A DNA stretch of 63,364 bases, counting the filler, from Octopus bimaculoides (lineage: Eukaryota), in NCBI RefSeq assembly GCF_001194135.2. It is 4 parts of 3 records of this genome, joined end to end, with 100 filler letters (N's around TTAATTAATTAA, not from the genome) between each part and the next. Parts side by side here need not be neighbours in the genome. Positions count along the whole stretch, not along the records: positions 1 to 22,484 come from NC_068985.1; 3 more parts are not named here. One strand, written 5' to 3'. Shown in pieces: positions 1-13,000 of the stretch. Numbering within the stretch: position 1 is the stretch's first letter; each line of letters starts with the position of its first letter. The position numbers were made by a program, and so were the translations under genes. The notes beneath the pieces were generated by a model. That model had not been told where the DNA came from. It saw only the letters and a program-made list of their open reading frames with translations, and made no database searches.

Positions 1-186
1 GAAATAACCCTGAAATCCGGATACGTTCGTGCTGCTGGTCGTGGTGAGAGGGATAACTCCCTTGGCAAACAGGACACAGTCGTGTGTCGATAAGCCAGCT
101 GGAGGAGATGTCCTCCTGGGGCTAAAAGCAACAGTAACATCCACCCCTAGGGGTCAGCCACACTTAAGTGGCAATATACTACACTT

Positions 187-218
<32 letters not shown>

Positions 219-227
219 TATACACAC

Positions 228-950
228 ATCACCATCATTTAACGTCCGTTTTTCATGCTAGCATGGGCTGGACGGTTTGACTGAGGTCTGGCAAGCCAGT
301 AGGATGCACCAGGCTCCAAGGGTACTTTTAAATGGGCCGATCATGCAACACTGACATCGGCCATGGCTGCAATCTCACTTCACTTGTCAGATCTTCTCAA
401 TCACAGCATATCTCCAAAGGTCTCAGTCTCTTGTCATTACCTCTGTGAGGCCCAACGTTCAAGGGTCATGCTTCACCACCTCATTCCATGTCTTCCTGGG
501 TTTACCTTTTCCACAGGTTCCTTCCACTGTTAGTGTGGCACTTCCTCACACAGCTGTCCTCAGCCATACGTAACACATGACCATAACAGCACAGTTGTCT
601 CTCTTGCACCCCATATTTGATGCTTCTTATGTCCAACTTTTCTCACAGGACACATACACTGTCATGTATGCACACTGACATTACAGATCCAGTAGATCAT
701 ACTAGCTTCATTTCTTTCAAGCCTATGCACGTCCTCAGCAGTCATGGCCCATGTTTCACTGCCATGTTGCATGGCAGTTTGCATACATGCATCATACAGT
801 CTACTTTTCACCCTGAGCGAGAGACCCTTAGTTGCCAGCAGAGGTAAGAGCTCTCTGAACTTTGTCCAAGCTATTCTTATTCTAGCAGCTACATTCTCAG
901 AGCATCCCCCCTACTACAGACTTGGTCGCCTAGGTAGCGGAAGCTATCAA
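228..950 (-). mobile_element. RTE-clade LINE 3' fragment
   Basis: Minus strand reads SFRYLGDQV...ARIRIAWTKFRELLPLL, similar to 11900-12460. Ends in the shared tail ...catgctagcatgaaaaacggacgttaaa(tga)n. Confidence 0.85.
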
Positions 951-1155
951 CTACTAATATATGCATGATATATATCACCATCAATTTTACATTTGTACGT
1001 CTACACAGGATTATAACTTGATCTTGTAACATACTGCCTAAGATCTTGGTTTCCAGTATATGACTACGAATTTTGCATGTGTATACATGCATAACATTCA
1101 TGTATAGGTGAATAAGTGTAAAAAAATAAAAAAAAATAAAAAAAAACAATCTTAC

Positions 1156-1246
1156 TTTAGATTTTGTTCTTCAAAAAATTTTTTGTCTCCATTTGGCAAA
1201 AATTTCCACTGGAATTCCATACCACTCAGAGTAGTGAAGACATTTT
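1156..1246 (-). CDS. NUP210: NUP210 coding exon 4 (91 nt); gene continues beyond the left edge of the window
   Basis: Acceptor tttttag|. ENVFTTLSGMEFQWKFLPNGDKKFFEEQNL parallels human GNTFSTLAGLVFEW. Donor AA|gtaaga, phase 2. Confidence 0.9.
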
Positions 1247-1854
1247 CTAAAAAAGATAAAAATTAAAGAATTCAGTCAAAAGCTGTACAAAAGAAATAGA
1301 AAATAAAAATATTAGTGTCTCCCTCTAACTCTGACATGAAAAATCAAATACTTGCTACAGGTGTCTGTTAACATTTATCACTAATCATTGTTACAAACAT
1401 CTTTATGGATAGGGAGGTCTTGATAGTAAAAATCATCTCAAAGCATTATTCTCCAAATTTAATTATCTATGAAGGTATGTTTTATCCATGAAACCAGATT
1501 TATATTTTACCTACTGAAGTAACTACAAAGTCTAGCTTAATCTCAATATATGTCAAAAGAACATAATTATTATTCTCGTTTCAGTCACTGACATCATTGT
1601 TTAAAGAGGATATGTAGTACACACACACACACGCACACACATTCTTTAATTCTTTTACTTGTTTAAGTCATTTCACTGTGGCCATGCTGGGGCACCGCCT
1701 TGAAGGACTTTAGTCAAACAAATTGACCCCAGGACTTATTTTTTTAAGCCTAGTACTTATTCTATCAGTCATTTTTGCCAAACTGCTAAGTTATGGGGAT
1801 AAAAACACACCAACACTGGTTGTCAAGCGGATATGGGCAGACAAACACAGACAG

Positions 1855-1890
<36 letters not shown>

Positions 1891-1893
1891 TTC

Positions 1894-1926
<33 letters not shown>

Positions 1927-2995
1927 ATAATATATATATGACGGGCTTCTTTCAGTTTCTGTCCACTCATAAGGCTTTGGTCAGCCCGAGGCTATAGCAG
2001 AAGACACTTGCCCAAGATGCCACGCAGTGGGACTGAACTCAGAACCGTGTGGTTGGGAAGCAAGCTTCTAACCACACACCCAAACTTGTGTAGTGCTAAG
2101 CAGTGTTTCAGTATGAGCAGAATTTAGGTCAGCTGAAATATGTTTGTGACATATTTCAACTGCTAAAAGGCAAATACAATGCACCTACCACGGAGAATAT
2201 ATCTCTCTTACGGTAAAGAGGTGTGAAAACACCCCGTCCGTTCAGTGTCGCCATCTATTAAGAATCTCAGACATCGATGTTTCAAGATTCTTGGCTTTTG
2301 TCAATGAGATGTACCTAAGAGAGGCAACTCTGAATACATCTATAAAACCATAGCTTTATGTATAATTCAGTCAACATGTTGACTGATTTGTGCTAGTAGA
2401 TCACCCAATCGAGGAAAATAACATAAATTGAATGATCACAGTGTGCATTAAGTTACAAACACTGCTTCTGGCATTTCTTGTCAACAAATCACCTGTTAGC
2501 TCTGCGCTTTTGAATTCTTCTGGAATATAAAATCCCTAGTTTGAAATCTAGTTACGGGTTAATGACAAGAAGAACAGCCAGCCATAAAAATTTTGCCCTC
2601 AATACCATCTTTACAAGCATGGTAAAACAGACACACAATGTTTCCCACCATGGAAACATGGGCATAAAACAATGATGATGATCTATACACAAACACAAAT
2701 ATATAAATTTGCAAAAATCTTTCAATCAAAGCTGCAAGTATCGTTAATGAAAAGTAATAATTAACAAACTAAATAGACTGTTGATATGCTATGAAGTTGT
2801 GTATCACTCAAGTATGTCAATAGATATTCTGTTTTAAAGTAAACAAGAGCTGTTTAATTCACATGTTAAATCCATATCACATGCATGGTACACAAGAAAA
2901 ACAAAGTAACAGAGTCACATTATTATATCAGCAACAAAGTGAAAATGCAGAAGAAAATTGATGAAATTATTGTAAGCCTAATAGCATAAGGTTAC

Positions 2996-3127
2996 CTTCA
3001 TTATCATAAGCATGAACTGCAAGTATTTCAGGAGTGTCATCAAGAGATATTAGTCGAGTTGTAGTGGAGATTGAGAAACGGGATATCAGGTCAACAATAA
3101 CATAGCAGTGAAACACCTCATTTGATA
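2996..3127 (-). CDS. NUP210: NUP210 coding exon 3 (132 nt)
   Basis: Acceptor tttttcag|. ISNEVFHCYVIVDLISRFSISTTTRLISLDDTPEILAVHAYDNE parallels human QVLRCDAIVDLI...[23 protein letters not shown]. Donor G|gtaacc. Frame-consistent with exons 2 and 4. Not in the supplied ORF track. Confidence 0.92.
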
Positions 3128-3329
3128 CTGAAAAATAAATTTTTTTTTTTACAAATTAGATTTAGAAAAAAAATAACTAAATTTAGATACAAAATTGGAC
3201 ATGCAATTTCTAGAATTTAAAATGACTTCTTTCTAACCAGGCTCGAAGGGAATTAAGAAGAAAAAGAATAATTCCCTATGAGACATTCAACTTAGTTTCA
3301 TAATATTTCTGTTGAAATATATTGCCTTT

Positions 3330-3735
3330 CATCATCATCATCGTTTAATGTCTGCTTTCCATGCTAGCATGGGTTGGACGATTTGACTGAGGACTGGTGC
3401 AACCAGATGGCTACACTTGATTTGGCAGAGTTTCTACAGCTGGATGCCCTTCCTAACACCAACCACTTAGAGAGTGTAGTGGGTGCTTTTACGTGCCACC
3501 AGCACGAAGGCCAGTCAGGAGGTACTGTCAACGGGCACGCTCGAAATGGTGTATTTTATGTGCCACCCGCACAAGAGCCAGTCCAGGGGCACTGGCAACG
3601 CTCTCGCTCGAAAGTCCTTACACAGGCCGCGGGCACAAGTGCCAGAAAGGCGATGCTGGGCACAGGTGCCATCACAATTTCGCTTTCGCTTGCCCCAATA
3701 AGTTTTCGCAAGCTGAGTTTCGTGTCCAATGAAGG
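3330..3735 (-). mobile_element. Non-autonomous element or LINE 3' end sharing the RTE tail and ~65-bp units
   Basis: catcatcatcgtttaatgtctgctttccatgctagcatggg is the reverse complement of the tail at 12940-13000. Related gtgcca... units inside. Confidence 0.7.
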
Positions 3736-5570
3736 CTTTTGATTAATTATAAAAATTATGAAGAATTTACTAAAATAACTGATACTATGAAGCAACACAA
3801 AATGACATGAAATTTGATGGAAGGTTTTAATTTAGATCACTTTAACTCTTTTGTTACCATATTTCAATTGAAATATTACCACTTTTTTCTTTCAATTAAT
3901 TCTGAAATTAATGAAGAAGTTAATAAAATACATTGCTTTTTAAAATTGGCGTTTTGAAACAAATTAACATGAAACTGATTGAAGATTTTCAACTTGGGTC
4001 AGTTTCTGGCAGATTCAAATGCAAATATTCAAATTACTGTTGTATTTTGTCTGTAGAGAATATCATTCAAACAATAAGTTCACAACACAATTCATTGAGA
4101 TAAGGGAATTTTGAGACATCACAGTGTTTCAACCTGAGAAAGGAGCAGACTCCAAGTGTCAGAGAAGCTGATTGTAACCTTATCAAATTTAAGACGTTGG
4201 AAGTGATACATCAATAGTTGATAATATCAACAAAGCCCATGAGCGTGAAACAGAGTAACATGTTTCCAAAGAACATGACAAATTCCCAAAGAGAGGAAGA
4301 GTTTGGCAAGGATAGGAGCTAGATCTAGGACACACAACTCAAAGGTAACAGAAGAGTCAGTGTCAGGACCATTGGCTTTGTTGCTCTAAAGTGACCAGAA
4401 GTGTTTTAAATGTATCTTAATATGTAAATGTGGTGGTGAGATTCATGAAACGAAGAAAAGTTAGGCCAAATGTGTACATAGTTTGATGTTGAATGCAAAC
4501 CTTCTCAATAGGATTGTTGTTTACAGAGCCATTATAGTTTAGGAGTGTTTAGGCTTTCAAAATAGGGGCCATAGTTGACATCATAAACTTAATACAACAG
4601 TGTAAGTGTTTTCAGTTCATCTTATGTTAAAAGTAAATAGATACAAACTATACATATTTTGTGCTGCTGAATATTTCACTAGGTTGTAAGAGAAAGAGGG
4701 ACCTTCAGGTCTAAGAAAGTTCTTGCATGAAACTGCTTAAAAATTCTTCTCAAGCTACACAAAGCAAAATGTAAATTGAATTCTCAAATATTCAAGATGG
4801 AAACATTCTTTGAATAGATACATACCAAAGAAAGGTAAAACATAAAATTAAAATTTTCATCTCTGAATAACCATATTAAGAGTTAAAGCTTACAAGAAGA
4901 GTTTATAGAATTACTACACGATAACCTTTAAAATAATGTATCTTTAAAAATGACTGTATTTGAGATAGGCAGAAACAATTACTAAAATTATTGCATCATG
5001 TTGTAGCAGAAATGGTAAGATAGCAAGTTAAGGTAGTTGATTTATCACATTAATCTTTTTAATACCAACCTACTCGAGACTATCTCTGATACTATGATTC
5101 AAAATTTCTGCTCTAGAGTGATTTAAATTAAAACTTTCCATCAAAAAGTTAATCTATGTTCCTAACACCAGCTCAGTAACAAAGTTTACTAAATTATTTT
5201 CAAAATAAAATGAAACAAAGGCACATTTCTTCCTCTCTCTCCCTTTAGTTCTATCAGTGAAAATCCATTTTTTCTATCTCAATCATGCTCTCACTTACAC
5301 AAGTTGCCTTCAATTTAACCACACATCTTTAACTATGATACTCCAATTTCTGGCCCTCAGACCTGCTGTCACCTCACTGCCTCTATTACTGCTACTACAA
5401 TGGCCTCTGTCCCTTAGAGCTGGTTCATTTCATGCCACCTCCACTCAGACCCAACCAAACTTACCTGTCTTCCATCCTCTCATCACCCACATCATGCCCA
5501 TCTCGCAGTAATCAATCAATAATAAACCATTTCCTAGTACTTGAAACAAAATATAAAAATAATGACTCAC

Positions 5571-5707
5571 TCTTATCTTCAACAAATATGATCGAAGTCA
5601 TTTTGTGGTCAGTTCTTGACACAGTTGAAACCACAGCATGCAACGAACAATCTTCCTCCAGCAAATTCATAGGGGTCACAGCAACCACTTCAGGGTGGGT
5701 AGATCTC
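5571..5707 (-). CDS. NUP210: NUP210 coding exon 2 (137 nt)
   Basis: Acceptor ttcaaag|G completes the Trp codon. RSTHPEVVAVTPMNLLEEDCSLHAVVSTVSRTDHKMTSIIFVEDK parallels human STRPEVASIEP...CSQKAVV...TSIIFAED. Donor A|gtgagt, phase 1. Confidence 0.93.
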
Positions 5708-5792
5708 CTTTGAATGTAGAACACATAACATGTAATAATGTTAACTTCTAATGCATGAGAAACATGGTAACAGACAAAAGCCAAGCATCACA

Positions 5793-6020
5793 TTAACTCA
5801 TTAGCATTTAAACCAGCCACATCTGGCCCAAATATTTTTCCTGTTTTATGTTCAAACCAACCGTATCCAGCCTTTCACACCTACCCTACAATGTCATTCT
5901 AAAAATGAACAATCACATCTTCAAAATATTGAAGCTACAAGATACTACATGATTAATTTTTTAAAACGTGGATAAATAAGCATTACATTCGATAAGTTAA
6001 TCTGAATGCTAAAGGGTTAC
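5793..6020. mobile_element. piggyBac-like MITE
   Basis: ttaa-ctcattagcatt ... aatgctaaaggg-ttac: imperfect CCC-type TIRs with a TTAA-like target. Related remnants near 3790-4000 and 5045-5220. Confidence 0.6.
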
Positions 6021-8264
6021 ACTTACCGTATTTCCTGACATACAAGTCAAATTTTTCAGACCAAAGTTTACAGCCCAAAAATGGCAAGCTAACTTATACA
6101 GAAAAACAACTTCATATCAAATATTCCATGTGAAATGTAGCAGGACTTGGAAAGATGATGACAATGCTTGAATATTTACAATACAGATTTACAATATATG
6201 CTATGTCAACTCGTATGCCAGAAAATATAGTATATGGGTTTATCTGTCACTTCATTTTTCAGTGCACCTCAAACATTTAAATTCATCTGTTTATTTCTAA
6301 GCTCATTTTTCTATGCTAGAATGGGTTAGATGAATATATTATTGAGGCATTGTTTTATAACCCTTCGTGTCAGTAACACTCAGCTGTTTTTTAAGTAAGG
6401 GGTCTCTTATACCACGTTTTCAAAAGGTGTGAAGCAAGCAGATTATTTGTTAACAGGAGTGACAACACTACCCACATGTATGTGATTATTTGGTTAAGAA
6501 GTTTTCTTCTCAACTACATGGTTTCAAGTTCAATCCCACTGCATGGCATCTTGGGCAAGTGTCTTCTACTATAGCCACAAGCCTTGTGAATAGATTAGGC
6601 AGACAGAAATTGAAAGAAGGCTTTTATATATCTTATGTATGTATGTATACATCACACGCTAGTAGTGTAAATGAGTGTCATTGTCAAAAAAAGCAATGTC
6701 ATTCACTTTTGAAACTCTTCGCAAACATATCTGGTCATGTAGAAATATTAGCCTGCTTGTAAACAGGTAAAGTTGGCAACAGAAAGGCCATCCAGCCACA
6801 GAAAAAGCTATCTCAATAAATTCTATCAGATGCATGTAAGCATGGAAAAGAGAGTGTTAAAGCAATGAGATATATAATTATATATATATATATATAATAC
6901 AAATAATAAATGAGTATATACATATATACGTACATGTATGTACACTTACATCTACCTGTATATATAGATGCATATCTGGGTACAGGACATTGCAAACAAA
7001 ACGTAGACAAAATGATAAACAAGTACAGAAAACACACAGGTCACATAGAGAACATTTCCTTCATCAGTTGCCACCATTCAACACTGGCGTTTTCAAAGGA
7101 CATACTAAGTATGTCTACTTGCTGGAAATAACAGTCAAAACTCTTATTTAAATCGCCAAAATACACTGATGATAACTAAAAATCAGTTGTGGTGCAGACT
7201 TCAAAATGATAGGTTGGGGGTCTCCATCATGGTAATGCGTGCTGAAGAAGCAAAGGCAATTTTTGCCAGTGCAGAAACAGGTCCACCTGAGTCCAAATAC
7301 TTAAATGTACGTTCGATTTTAATAACCTGATCTGCCTTCGGTTGATTTCTGTAGTTATCATCAGTGTATTCTGGTGATTTGAATAAGAGCTTTGACTTAT
7401 TTCCAGCAGGTAGACATACCTAGTACGTCCTTTGATTATTTTAATCCTTCAGCTATTTAATGCTTTCTTGGGGCCTGCAATCACCTATATTATTGATTCT
7501 GTTATTATTCATGGTTCAAAACATGTCTTACTCATTACTCAACCTGATAGATGAACAGATGACCTCTCAGTATTTATTTTTAAGTCTGACAATTGTTCTA
7601 TCAGTCTCTTTTGCAAACCAACACCAGTTGTCAAGTGGTGAGGGTGGACAAAGACAGACACAAAGATATACATATGTAGTGAGTCAAGGAAGTGCTATTT
7701 CATTGTCACAAATTAGCACAGTTATGCTTNNNNNNNNNNNNNNNNNNNNNNNNNNNNNNNNNNNNNNNNNNNNNNNNNNNNNNNNNNNNNNNNNNNNNNN
7801 NNNNNNNNNNNNNNNNNNNNNNNNNNNNNNNNNNNNNNNNNNNNNNNNNNNNNNNNNNNNNNNNNNNNNNNNNNNNNNNNNNNNNNNNNNNNNNNNNNNN
7901 NNNNNNNNNNNNNNNNNNNNNNNNNNNNNNNNNNNNAATAAGCTTGCACAGTGAATCCCATTATTCTCTATGGATGGAACCTGCCTGTTCAAACTTCTCA
8001 CTACCTTTATCATGGTATTCTTCTATCCATTTGTGTGATAGTAAAGCCAATGGCCTTCTTTGACTCCTACATACAATTGACTATTCTCACTGCAACCCAA
8101 ATAAACTATGACATTTGTTTTAATATAGCCTTCTGACATATTTTCTTAATACCTCACAGATGCAACTGTTTCACTGACTTTCCACATAGGTGTACTTATT
8201 TGGTAACACTTTGCTCAAGTTACTTTCTTACATAGTTACATTCGAACACAGAAACAACTCCTCT

Positions 8265-8295
<31 letters not shown>

Positions 8296-9699
8296 AAATG
8301 GGCTTCCACACAGTTACCATCTATCAAATTCACTAACACGGTATTTGGCCCAGGGCAATAGTAGAAGACACTTACCCAAGGTACCATGCAGTGGGACTGA
8401 ACCTGAACCCACAAAGTTGTACACAGCCAAAAAGAACTTTTTTAAAAATTAAAAAAAAAAGCTCCCTTTTGGAATTTTCAGATGAAACATGGCCACCCTC
8501 AGTGAGATTTGTCAAAAGAGTTACATCCCTTCAATTTTTTAACATCTATTCTTTTATTGCTTTATTTGTTTCAGTCACTTGACTGCAACCACGCTGGAGT
8601 ACTGCCTTCAGTCGAACAAATCAACCCCAGGACATTCTTTGTAAGCCTAGTACTTATCTTATCGGTCTCTTTTGCCAAACTGCTAAGTTATGGGGACATA
8701 AACACACCAACATAAGTTGTCACGCGATGGTGGGGGGAACAAACATAAATACACACACACACATATATTTATATGTATAATGTAACCTCGTGGGCATCGG
8801 TACCATTTTCCTCTTTCTCCGTTCTTCCATTCTCCGAACTTTCTATCTTTCCGACGAAGGGCTACGCCCGAAACGTCATACACTCTCTCTTTCCTTTCCT
8901 GAGCGTCCAATAATACTATCCATATCACGTTCTCACTTTGTTGTTTTTTTGTTATTGTTTTTTTTAACTATATATATATATATATATATATACGACAGGG
9001 TTCTTTTAGTTTCTGTCTACCAAATCCACTCACAAGGCTTTGGTCGGCCTGAAGCTATAGCAGAAGACACTTGCCCAAGGTGCCATGCAGTGGGACCAGA
9101 CACAGAACCATGCGATTGGTAAGCAAGCTACTTACCACACAGCCACTCCGAAATCTTAATTTTGTAATTAAAGTGATAAAAAAATACTTGTTTAAATATT
9201 GATAGAAGACCAGGACTTGAAATCTAGTTTCTTAAATGTAATGTTTATTCATTTTTATTAAAGATAATTATTTTTCTTAAGGAGTTGATAAATCTATTTC
9301 TTTTGAAATTATTCCACCTTTATATGTTCCTACTTTTTGTTGTTTCTGTTTATTGATATTTCATTACTATTTTATAAGTTCTATCCAGTTGACTGGTTGT
9401 GAGTAATGACAAATTACTATAGTACATCCAGTCATTATTCACAAACAAGTATGATTTAATAACTTCAGTTTCACCAGTTTCATGGTCATGAGCACAGCTT
9501 CTGTTGTTATTAAATTATGAAATAGCAAAGTGTTAAGCTCCCTTAGGCAACTGGTCTCTCTTGAAGCTCAGTCCAAAGTTCCAAATCTGAGATCTACAGT
9601 GACAGTTACATGAATTTCTATTGATTTTAGCAATCATAATCCCAATTATACAGTAACATGAAATGTATCGTAAACTCAGTTAAGGAAAGTGGTAGGGAT

Positions 9700-11450
9700 T
9701 TACCAAGTGACTAGAAAGGCAGCTAGGTGAGGAAGAAAGGAAGAAATTTGCATATGACCTGCAATGTAAGGTGTGAAATGTTCAGGATTGTGAGACAATG
9801 CACGAGAGAGAACTAAGATGTATTCAGAATGATGAAGGCATACTCACTAATGATATAGAAGATGAAAAGGTGATGGACATGGAGAGTGCATGGGATAAAG
9901 AGAGGCTATTCGACAAAGGGACCAGCAATTCAAATTGACAGCAGTGTGATAAAGCGAGCGAGGACATGAAGAGAAAGTTGTCGGTCCATCAAGGATAGTT
10001 ACAGAGATGCTCAAAGTATCTGGTGAGATAGGATATGCAATTACCACTCAGTTAATTAAGTCATACATAATTAAGTCATATCCCATAACAGGTGTAGCAG
10101 TACCACTGTAACTGCAACAAAGGCAAAGGAGATGCCTGAGAGAGAAACAATAATACAGGAATCAAACTAGTTGATCAGGTTATAAACATCATGGAGAGAG
10201 TCACAGACAATTGTTCCATGATAGAGTAGACCTAAATGAGATGTAATTTGTCTTTATTCCCAAAAGAGGTACCACAGATACAAACTTCCTAATGAGGCAA
10301 ATGCAAGAGAAATACTTGGCTAAGAATAAACCACTAATCTAGCATTCATTGACAGAGTACCATGCTCAGTAATTTGTGGTCATTGAAGAAGCGAGCTGTT
10401 GACGAATGGCTTATGAAGGCTGTACAAGTTACAGTACAAAGATGCACTAAGTTGACAACAATTTCAGTGATGAATTTAGCTTGAAGGTAGTTTATCAGTC
10501 CTAATCCTCTTTTATTCATCACAGATCACCACAGAGGAATTTAAGGTTAGACGCCTATGGGAACTCTTATATGCTGATGATCTGCTTCTCATAGCTGAAT
10601 CTATATGAGAATTAGGAAATTCCAGGTATGGAAGCTAATCCTAGAATTATCAAATGATTGGCACTAGAATCAAGAGGACTTAAGGTAAAATAAGCAAAGG
10701 TGAAAGTTTTAGAAAGAAAGATGACAAGACCCTGATATCGTCAGGGAAATAGCCTAGCTCAATATACAGAAATGGAATAGGTATAAACTCCATACAGTGT
10801 ACCCAATGTAAGCTATGGACACACAACAGGTGTAGAGGAGTCAAAGGCAAATTAACAGAGAACATTAACTTCATATATGATAGATGCACTAGAGCAGTAC
10901 ATACTACGAACACACTGGAAATGGATGCTCCTGAATGCTGGGCTGGTTCACTCAAAGTAGTTACTTTTGTTACTTAGCAAGGGAAGTGATTGCTCTGGAA
11001 GTATAGTAGCCAGAGTAAGAACAGGTTCAAGAAAATTCAGAGAGCTATTACAGTGACCAACAACTAAGGTCTTTTTCCTTACAGTGAAGGGCAGATTGTA
11101 CAACACTTGTGTTAGAACTGCAATGCTGCAAGACAGTGAGATATGGGCCTTAAATGCAGAGGATTTGAGAAGACTAGAAAGAAATGAAGCAAGCATGGTC
11201 CATTGGATGTACATGAGAGAGAATGTACGAATGTATTGAGAGAAAAACTGGGTATAATAGGAATCAGATGTAGAGTGCAAGAAAGAAAACTGCACTGGTA
11301 TGGACATGTGATGCATATGGATGAGGACAGCTGTATAAAGAAGTACCAATTACTTAATCAAGAGAGAGCTTGAGAAAGAAGACCAAAATATACATAGGTT
11401 GAAGTGGTGAACACTGATTTAAGGACCTTGAACTTCATGGAGTTAGTGAC
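9700..11450 (+). mobile_element. Degenerate RTE-clade LINE (RT and downstream region)
   Basis: WELLYADDL motif near 10560, followed by frameshifted RT C-terminal similarity to the adjacent copy. Confidence 0.8.
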
Positions 11451-11479
11451 AAAGGACCAGGATGGTCCCTCTAATTCAC

Positions 11480-13000
11480 TATAGTCCTCCAAGCAATAAC
11501 AGAGGAATTCAAGACAGAATGCCCCTGGGAGCTTCTCTATGCTGATGACCTTGCTCTAATAGCTGAATCACTATCAGAACTAGAGAAGTTTCAGGTGTGG
11601 AAGCAAGGTCTAGAATCGAAGGGCTTTAGAGTCAATCTAGCAAAAACCAAAGTCTTAATAAGTAGGAAGGCAGACAAACTACAAATCCCTTCAGGTAGAT
11701 GGCCCTGCTCAATCTGTAGAAAAGGCATCAGTAGAAACTCCATAAAATGTACCTGGTGTAAGCTATGGACACATAAGTGCAGCAATATCAAAGGAAGGCT
11801 AACTGGGAAGATAGTTTTTGTGTGTGGCAAATGCTCAGGGGCAATAAACACTGAAAATGTGCAGAAAACAGCTTCCATCTCATGCCAGGGGGAAAAACTA
11901 GAAGTAATTGATAGCTTCCGTTACCTAGATGACCAAATCAGTAGCAGGGGTGGATGCTCTGAGAGAGTAGTGGCTAGAATAAGAATAGCCTGAGCAAAGT
12001 TCAGAGAGCTCCTATCTCTGCTGGTGACAAAGGGCCTCTCGCTCAGAGTAAAAGGTATACTGTATGACATGTGCAAACTGTCATGCTACATGGCAGTGAA
12101 ACATGGGCCATGCCTGCTGAGGACAAGCATAAGCTTGTAAGGAATGAAGCTAGTATGCTCCACTGGATGTATAATGTCAGTGTGCATACATGACAGAGTG
12201 CATGCGCCCTGAGAGAAAAGTTGGACATAAGAAGCATCAGATGAGCATAGCTGTGTGAAAAAGTGTCACACTCTAGCAGTAGAGGGAACCTGTGGAAGAG
12301 GTAAACCCAGGAAGACCTTCAAACGTTGGGCCTCATAGAGGCGATGACAAGTGACCGAGACCTTTGGAGATATGCTGTGCTTGAGAAGACCTGGCAAGCC
12401 AAGTGAGACTGTGACCATGGACTATGCCAGTGCAGCATAACCAGCCCATTTAAGAGTACCCTTCAATCATTGGGCAATAAACTGCTCTTGCAAAGACCTG
12501 AGTCAAGTAAAGTCATTGTTATGGCCGCTGACAGTACCGCCTGATTGGCACCCATGCTGGTGGCATGTAAAAAGCACCATTCAAGTGTGGTCAATACCAG
12601 TGCCACCTGACTGGTCCTGTGCCAGTGGCACATTAAAAGCACCATTCGAGTGTGGTCAATGTTAGTGCCGGCTGACTGGCCCCGTGTCAGTGGCATGTAA
12701 AAAGCACCATTTGAGCATGGTCATTGTCAGACCCGCCTGACTGGCTCCCATGCCTGTGACATGTAAAAAGCACCATTCAAGCGTGGTCGATGCCAGTAGT
12801 GCCTGACTGGCCCTTGTGCCAGTGGCACATAAAAAGCACCCACTACACTCTCGGAACAGTTGGCATTAGGAATCCAGCTGTAGAATCTTTGCCACATCAG
12901 ACTGGAGCTTGTTGCAGCCTTCTGGTTTGCCAGCCCTCAGTCAAACCGTCCAACCCATGCCAGCATGGAAAACGGACGTTAAACTACGATGATGACAACG
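11480..13000 (+). mobile_element. 5'-truncated RTE-clade LINE with 3' UTR containing a 65-66 bp tandem array
   Basis: AITEEFKTECPWELLYADDLALIAES, then GFRVNLAKTKVL, SFRYLDDQ and ETWAM. Same 3' tail as 228-310. Confidence 0.88.
12545..12845 (+). repeat. Five diverged 65-66 bp tandem units
   Basis: Anchor aaaagcacc recurs at 12570, 12635, 12700, 12766 and 12832. Confidence 0.9.

Noticed and set aside
1-1155. NUP210 exon 5
   Set aside because: No matching peptide found. The region is RTE and repeat sequence, so the exon probably lies beyond the window edge.
2367-2386. 20-bp perfect palindrome tcagtcaacatgttgactga
   Set aside because: Real but isolated and short, with no context suggesting function.
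12545-12845. CRISPR-like periodic repeat
   Set aside because: Whole units are homologous, so there are no unique spacers. It lies in a LINE 3' UTR in animal DNA with no cas genes.
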